From Escherichia coli (GTDB lineage Bacteria; Pseudomonadota; Gammaproteobacteria; Enterobacterales; Enterobacteriaceae): a stretch of 5,816 nt of DNA. The stretch lies in the NCBI RefSeq assembly GCF_003334785.1, contig NZ_QOWV01000040.1; one strand, written 5' to 3'. This document shows, piece after piece, positions 1-5,816 of this stretch. Each line of letters begins with the position of its first letter. Position 1 is the stretch's first letter. The notes below the pieces were generated by a model that saw only the letters and a program-made list of their open reading frames with translations, was not told the origin of the DNA and ran no database searches. The position numbers and the translations under genes are program-made.

Positions 1-607
<607 letters not shown>

Positions 608-619
608 CAGGAGAACAAC

Positions 620-1717
620 ATGCGTGAAATGAATTTCAGTCAACGGCTGAGGCGTTTCATTGTCAGAAAAACGTTCAGCGCCCCCTACAGGGTGCAGTTT
701 TACGAAGCCCTGCGTTTTCTGATGGAAAATAAACAGCCATTAAAGACCGCACTGGAACAGATGCGGGATGCCTGGACAGACTTTGGACGAAAATGGCATC
801 CCTTTGCTGAACTGGCCACAGACTGCATTGAGTCTCTTCGTGAAAACAGTGGCGAAAATTCTCTGGAATATACTCTTAGTTTATGGGTTCCTCAGGAAGA
901 GGCCGCAGTAATCAGCGCCGGGATAAGAAGTGGTTCAATTGTGGATGCACTGCAATTCGCCACCACTCTTACAGATGCAAAAGAACAAATCCATCAGGCT
1001 ATATGGCAAATGGCTATTTATCCGGTGGGATTGTTAATCATGATGACGGGGACATTATATGTTCTGAATACAGAGCTAATACCTGAACTGAGCAAAATAA
1101 GCTCCCCTGATTCATGGAGTGGTGCTCTTGGTTTTCTTTATGGATTATCTGTTTTTGTCGATAAAAACGGCGCTATATGTGTCGTTCTTTTTGCAGTGAT
1201 CACAGATTTAATATCATGGTCTCTGCCAAACTGGAAAAGCCCTGACAGTGTTCGTACTTTTGCCGACAATATAATGCCATGGAGTATTTATCAGGATATA
1301 CAGGGAGCAACATTTCTCCTGAATATGGCTGCACTTCTGAAAGCCAAAATGACGACGCTCAACTCACTAAACATTCTTCAGGAGTTTGCATCACCATGGT
1401 TAAGCACACGTCTTGACAGCATTATTTACCGCGTCCGCCAGGGGGATCATCTTGGACTGGCTTTGCGTCAGTGCGGTTATCAGTTCCCATCCAGGGAAGC
1501 AGCCAACTTCCTGTCTTTATTACAGGGAGATGGCGCAACAGAGCTAATCAGCAATTATGGTCAACGATGGCTTAGTCAAACACTTCAACGTGTAAAGAAA
1601 CGGGCAAACGTGATTCGTTTAATTATACTGATATTTCTTGTCATGTCTCTCATGTTACTGGTTTTTGCCATTATGGATATTCAGTCTATTAGTGACAACA
1701 GCATGGGTAACTTTTAA
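620..1717 (+). CDS. pilR: Polytopic inner-membrane pilus platform protein, GspF/PilC/TcpE-like (PilR-like)
   Basis: ATG at 620 with AGGAG at 609-613 (6 nt spacer). 365 aa with a soluble N-terminal region and three long hydrophobic segments (AIYPVGLLIMMTGTLYVL, ICVVLFAVITDLISW, VIRLIILIFLVMSLMLLVFAIM). It sits directly after the ATPase and before the prepilin, as in R64 pilQ-pilR-pilS. Confidence 0.7.
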   Translation: MREMNFSQRLRRFIVRKTFSAPYRVQFYEALRFLMENKQPLKTALEQMRDAWTDFGRKWHPFAELATDCIESLRENSGENSLEYTLSLWVPQEEAAVISAGIRSGSIVDALQFATTLTDAKEQIHQAIWQMAIYPVGLLIMMTGTLYVLNTELIPELSKISSPDSWSGALGFLYGLSVFVDKNGAICVVLFAVITDLISWSLPNWKSPDSVRTFADNIMPWSIYQDIQGATFLLNMAALLKAKMTTLNSLNILQEFASPWLSTRLDSIIYRVRQGDHLGLALRQCGYQFPSREAANFLSLLQGDGATELISNYGQRWLSQTLQRVKKRANVIRLIILIFLVMSLMLLVFAIMDIQSISDNSMGNF

Positions 1718-1734
1718 ATAAAACGAGGATATTT

Positions 1735-2349
1735 ATGTTAGTAGAAAATATTAATACCACTTTAACTGGAAATAATAAGAAGAATGAACCTCATGATAAA
1801 GGATGGGCAATTTTGGAGCAGGGAACAATAGCGCTCGTTGTTCTTTTTGTTATAGTCGTTGTTCTGGGTAGTTTGTATGCGTTGCGTACAAGAGCCAATG
1901 TGGCAACTGAAACTGCAAATATACAAACAATTATCACAAGTGCCCAGAGCCTGCTAAAAGGTAGCGATGGATATACATTTACCAGCAGTGCCAAAATGAC
2001 AGGTGACCTCATTCAGATGGGTGCCATTCCCTCTGGGATGACCGTACAGGGCGACAAAACATCTGGTACAGCAACGCTCTATAACGCATGGGGCGGTGCT
2101 GTAACTGTTGCCCCGGCTTCAACATCAGGGTTCAACAACGGTTTTACCGTTACCTATGATAAAGTCCCACAGGATGCCTGTATCCAGATTGCCACACGAA
2201 TCAGTAAAACTGATTTGACTAACGGCATTACCCTGAACAGTACTGCTCACAGTGATGGAAAAGTCACTACTGAAGAAGCCAGTACGCAATGCAAGGCAGA
2301 TAATGGCAGCACTGGTACAAACAAACTTATCTTCACCATCAATGGTTAA
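1735..2349 (+). CDS. pilS: Type IVb prepilin, major pilin subunit (PilS-like)
   Basis: GAGGA at 1725-1729, ATG at 1735. Class III signal: a 23-residue hydrophilic leader ending in Gly (…PHDKG), followed by WAILEQGTIALVVLFVIVVVLGSLYAL, giving Trp at +1, Glu at +5 and a hydrophobic alpha1 helix. Two Cys about 36 residues apart near the C-terminus (DACIQ…TQCKAD) match the pilin D-region disulfide. The mature protein would be about 181 aa. Confidence 0.85.
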   Translation: MLVENINTTLTGNNKKNEPHDKGWAILEQGTIALVVLFVIVVVLGSLYALRTRANVATETANIQTIITSAQSLLKGSDGYTFTSSAKMTGDLIQMGAIPSGMTVQGDKTSGTATLYNAWGGAVTVAPASTSGFNNGFTVTYDKVPQDACIQIATRISKTDLTNGITLNSTAHSDGKVTTEEASTQCKADNGSTGTNKLIFTING

Positions 2350-2358
2350 GGAGTTTTA

Positions 2359-2919
2359 ATGTCAGGGAGTACAATACCCCTCAGACTTATTTTGTTAATC
2401 CTGCTTATTTCTCTTATTTCACCCGCCCGAGCTTCATACGTAGCCCCCAAACAGATCTGGACCAACAAGTGGGACAATTGCTTTGCCGCTGCCGGCGCGC
2501 GCTATCAAATTGAACCATTATTATTGAAGGCCATTTCTGCCGGGGAATCTTCGTTGAGGCCGGGCGCAATTAATATAAATAAGGACAAAAAAACAGGTAA
2601 AGCCAGTAGCACGGATTATGGGCTGATGCAAATAAACTCAACCCATATTCCAAAGCTGATAAATATGGGCGTAATAAAAAAGTCTGAGGATTTAATTACC
2701 AAACCATGCCTTAATATCCATATAGGAAGCTGGATACTGGCAAGACATTTTCAGATATGTGGCGTCAGCTGGAATTGCCTTGGGTCATACAATGCCGGAT
2801 TCCGTAAGGACAGACATGAAACAAGAGAGCAATATGCCAATAAAATATGGAGAATTTATCGTGACATGAAAGGGATATGTCTTCCCGGACAGGGAGGCAG
2901 GAAATGCAGACAATCGTAG
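2359..2919 (+). CDS. pilT: Periplasmic lytic transglycosylase, SLT domain (PilT-like in R64 nomenclature; not the retraction ATPase)
   Basis: AGGAG at 2349-2353, ATG at 2359. Sec signal peptide with ARA/S cleavage motif (…LISPARA-SYV). SLT family motifs in order: catalytic-Glu motif GESS, then DYGLMQIN, then SYNAG. Confidence 0.8.
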   Translation: MSGSTIPLRLILLILLISLISPARASYVAPKQIWTNKWDNCFAAAGARYQIEPLLLKAISAGESSLRPGAININKDKKTGKASSTDYGLMQINSTHIPKLINMGVIKKSEDLITKPCLNIHIGSWILARHFQICGVSWNCLGSYNAGFRKDRHETREQYANKIWRIYRDMKGICLPGQGGRKCRQS

Positions 2920-3560
2920 GCATAAGTCTATCCCCTGTTTATATACTGCCATTGATGTTCACATTTTCCATTATTGGACGAACTCTGCTATTCAGAGTTC
3001 GTTATTTTTTATCTGATACGGGACATCTCTGGTATAAGACACACCCTGCTGTTCTGTCAGGAATATGGCTATACAGTATAGCTGTGGCGTTAATTATTTT
3101 ATCATCATCACCACTGCTCTACCGTATTCATGCTGTCCTTATTCTTTCGTTCATACTGCAAATGGCGGTAACGGATGCACTGACAGGTTTATTACCAGGA
3201 ACATTCACCCGGCGTTTTTTAATTGCAGGAATGCTATCACAAATCACGACTAATATATGGTGGTTCCGTACAACAGAATTTGCCACTGCTGCAATTGTCT
3301 TATTCTGCCTTCATAAATTAGTTAACCGCCATCGTCTTAATATTGGCACTGGAGACCTGTGGCTTATTGCAGGTATTACCGCATGGTCAGGGTTATATAA
3401 CGCCATATGGTGTGTGTTGCTGGGCACAGGAGGATTTGTCTTATGGCATTCAACATGGTGCATAAAAGGGCATAAAGAAGGCCCTCTGGGTCCATGGCTA
3501 TGTTTGGGCCATGTCCTTTTGCTGCTGGATAATCTTTATCAACCACTATGGGTAATCTGA
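2904..3560 (+). CDS. pilU: Prepilin peptidase, A24 family, short form without an N-terminal Cys-rich domain (PilU-like)
   Basis: Polytopic membrane protein. Contains [11 protein letters not shown] (a D…LLP motif like the first catalytic Asp of PilD/TcpJ) and [18 protein letters not shown] (a GxGDxxL…G motif like the second catalytic Asp). I prefer ATG 2904 with GGGAGG at 2892-2897 over the ORF-track start at 2877, which has no well-spaced SD. It overlaps the pilT 3' end. Stop TGA at 3558-3560. Confidence 0.72.
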
Positions 3561-4129
3561 TGAAAAAATATGACCGAGGCTGGGCATCGCTGGAAACTGG
3601 CGCGGCTTTATTGATTGTTATGCTCCTGATTGCCTGGGGAGCGGGCATATGGCAGGACTATATTCAAACAAAAGGATGGCAAACTGAAGCACGTCTTGTC
3701 AGCAACTGGACCAGTGCGGCCCGCTCTTATATAGGGAAAAACTACACGACTCTCCAGGGCAGTAGTACCACAACAACTCCTGCCGTTATCACGACAACCA
3801 TGCTGAAAAATACCGGCTTTTTGTCCAGCGGGTTTACTGAGACAAACAGCGAGGGGCAGCGGTTACAGGCATATGTGGTTCGAAACGCCCAAAACCCGGA
3901 ATTACTACAGGCAATGGTTGTATCCAGTGGTGGCACACCTTATCCAGTGAAAGCACTTATCCAGATGGCTAAGGATATTACCACTGGTCTTGGTGGATAT
4001 ATCCAGGACGGCAAAAAAACTCATCAACGGTCGTCAGATAAACCCGACACCACTGCAGGTCCGTTACCCACAAGGGGTAAGAGAAGTTCTGGGGATAATG
4101 AGCGAACAATTAGCCATATCCACCGCTGA
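3560..4129 (+). CDS. pilV: Minor pilin / pilus-tip adhesin N-terminal module (PilV-like), as encoded in the present frame; it may continue into 4016..4772 (see findings).
   Basis: ATG at 3560 overlaps the pilU stop (TGATG); an alternative ATG lies at 3548. Class III signal: short leader MKKYDRG, then [24 protein letters not shown] with Trp +1 and Glu +5. Thr/Ser/Gly-rich pilin-like body. No Cys in this frame. The last 36 codons before TGA 4127-4129 are low-complexity and Arg-rich. Confidence 0.65.
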
Positions 4130-4772
4130 TTTAACCCGAATCCTGCTTGAGGATGCTCTTCATAATATGTTTATGCCTGCGGATAACACCACAGGAAACA
4201 TAATAAGCAGAATTGAATACATCATGCTGTCGCATGATATAAATGCGCCATTACTGGCAACATTGCTGTCGCCATGGAATATCCGCTCCACGGTTATACA
4301 GGACCCGGCCAGACTTGCAGACTATCTTTCAGCTGACGCTCTCGAACATCTTGCTGAATGTTTTAATCTCAATCCGGACTGGCTGAATGGCCATGAAAAC
4401 TATCCGATAGCGTTGTCCGGTGAATGGCCAGATACTGCTGATAATTTCAGAATGCTTATTAATGATAGCAGCAACACTGAAGTTATTTTCTGGCATAGTT
4501 TCCCCTTCGCAGGAAACACGAAAAGAGAATATTGCGGGGTAATATTGAGACAGAAAAAAGAAATAAATGGTTCTGTAATATATCCGGCACTATCATTATC
4601 ACCAACACTTCTGAACGATGAAAAAAGAAAATGGTTAACTGAATATACAACCAGGCAGAATACAACAATGTCTTTGCGACGCGTCACGTTGAGACCTGGC
4701 CTTGCCGGGAACCTTATTACGGGGAAAACACTACCTGTTAGCTTATTTAATACGTCTTTATTACCCTGGTAA
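4098..4772 (+). CDS. Hypothetical protein with no recognisable motif; alternatively the C-terminal domain of a longer PilV if the frames are joined near 4013-4019.
   Basis: Long open frame (ORF track 3990..4772, TTG start; first ATG at 4098). No signal peptide or transmembrane segment. Looks helical and acidic in the first half ([31 protein letters not shown]), with two Cys (AECF, EYCG). The 3' half is AT-rich. There is no well-spaced Shine-Dalgarno for ATG 4098: GGGGA is 2 nt upstream and AAGGGG about 20 nt upstream. Confidence 0.5.
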
Positions 4773-4857
4773 ATACCAGATAGTACCAAAGTAAAAAATT
4801 ACGGCACATCCGTGTTATAGCGTTGTTTTGTCTAAATTCTGATAAACAGGAAATTAA

Positions 4858-5730
4858 ATGATGAAGAAAAATCATATTACCCGCACCATCATTGCATCTG
4901 CTGTATTATTTTCCTTTAACGCTGCAGCAGCGACGTCATATTTTGAAGCACGTAACGATGCAATGGGGGGCACCGGGGTAGCATCTTCCCATTATGGTGT
5001 GGCACCTCTGGCAAACCCAGCTTTACTGACAAAGCACAACAGCAATGATGATTTCAGCCTTCTTCTGCCGTCTGTCGGGGCACAAGTTGCTGATCCTGAT
5101 GATGTATCAAATAAAGCTGATGATGTTAAAGATGACTGGGATTTGTTTGATAGTGCTGTAGATAACCAGCATGGCGTACAACAGGCAGCAGCAAATCTTA
5201 AACATCGTCTGCAGGAATTCCGCAATATCAATGCAGATGCTCAGGTAGGTGTATCAGCTGTAGCAGCCATGGCAAATGACACTCTGCCGTTTGCCCTTAT
5301 GGTCAAGTCTTACGGAACTGTCAGCGTAAACGGAAAAGTAAACGATGCAGACCTGGATTATCTGGACAAAGTTGCCAATGGAACAATTACCGACGTCGAT
5401 AAGAATGCCCTGACCTCACGCGTATTCGGGCGTGCAGCTGTAATTACCGACGTCGGAATTTCATTTGCCAAAGAACTGGAAACGGCCGGACAAAAATGGT
5501 CTCTTGGCGTCACACCAAAATATCAGCGTGTGGACCTGTTTAACTACAACGTAACGGTTCGTGATTACGACAAAGACGATTTTGGCGGTGACAAGTACCA
5601 CAACACGAAAAACGGATTCAACGCCGATATTGGTGCTTATACAGACCTGAATGACAACTGGACTGTCGGTCTTGTTGCCCAGAACATCATTCCACGCAGT
5701 ATTGACACTAAAGTCGTCAATGGCTTGTAA
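4858..5730 (+). CDS. Secreted outer-membrane protein, putative beta-barrel with a FadL/TodX-like or TraF-like N-terminal signature; possibly truncated.
   Basis: AGGA at 4848-4851, ATG at 4858. Sec signal peptide (MMKKNHITRTIIASAVLFSFNAAAA-TSYF). The mature N-terminus YFEARNDAMGGTGVASS…LANPALL follows the x-E-x(5)-G-x-G-x-A…NPA-L pattern seen at the start of FadL-type barrels. Alternating hydrophobic beta-strand-like segments (WTVGLVAQNII). It ends …VNGL with no terminal aromatic residue. Confidence 0.55.
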   Translation: MMKKNHITRTIIASAVLFSFNAAAATSYFEARNDAMGGTGVASSHYGVAPLANPALLTKHNSNDDFSLLLPSVGAQVADPDDVSNKADDVKDDWDLFDSAVDNQHGVQQAAANLKHRLQEFRNINADAQVGVSAVAAMANDTLPFALMVKSYGTVSVNGKVNDADLDYLDKVANGTITDVDKNALTSRVFGRAAVITDVGISFAKELETAGQKWSLGVTPKYQRVDLFNYNVTVRDYDKDDFGGDKYHNTKNGFNADIGAYTDLNDNWTVGLVAQNIIPRSIDTKVVNGL

Positions 5731-5816
5731 GCGACTCGTCAGAACCGTATTGATATTTACTGAGAGCTCAGATCAACTTTCCAGGGCAACAGATCGCGTA
5801 CCCGGTTTGCCGGCCA

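Noticed and set aside
2587-2593. A7 homopolymer in pilT as a possible slip site
   Set aside because: It encodes Lys-Lys in-frame within an uninterrupted ORF with intact SLT motifs on both sides, so there is no evidence of frame disruption. It shows that A7 tracts are ordinary in this AT-rich coding sequence, which tempers the pilV A7 interpretation.
4370-4377. CAATCCGG, which resembles part of the core I recall for the R64 shufflon 19-bp repeat
   Set aside because: It is a single 8-mer with no inverted partner nearby. The closest reverse match, CCGGATTC at 2795-2802, is inside pilT 1.5 kb away. My memory of the exact repeat consensus is uncertain, and an 8-mer match is within chance expectation.
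4773-4857. Possible sigma70 promoter or terminator in the 85-nt gap before the outer-membrane protein gene
   Set aside because: Candidate hexamers (TTGTTT 4823-4828, TAAATT 4833-4838, TTACGG 4799-4804) do not pair with 16-18 bp spacing. The only hairpin-like element (ACGG…CCGT around 4801-4815) has a 4-bp stem and no U-tract. A promoter may exist but the sequence does not support a specific call.

Overview
All substantial ORFs in this 5.8 kb window lie on the + strand, and most are tightly packed. The window reads as the distal half of an R64/IncI-type thin-pilus (type IVb pilus) assembly operon in the order pilQ-pilR-pilS-pilT-pilU-pilV. These are the C-terminal part of a GspE/PilB-family ATPase, a GspF/TcpE-like inner-membrane platform protein, a type IVb prepilin, an SLT-domain lytic transglycosylase, a short prepilin peptidase, and a minor pilin. 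Downstream come a 225-260 codon reading frame with no motif I can recognise (4098/3990..4772) and a signal-peptide-bearing outer-membrane protein with a FadL/TraF-like N-terminus (4858..5730). I found no RNA genes, CRISPR array, IS element or shufflon/rci recombinase. The points most worth a second look are the pilV 3' end, where two reading frames overlap for about 140 nt around an A7 tract, the unrecognisable domain that follows it, and an in-frame stop just upstream of the ATPase C-terminal ORF. All family assignments rest on motifs read by eye from the supplied translations; no database search or HMM was run.
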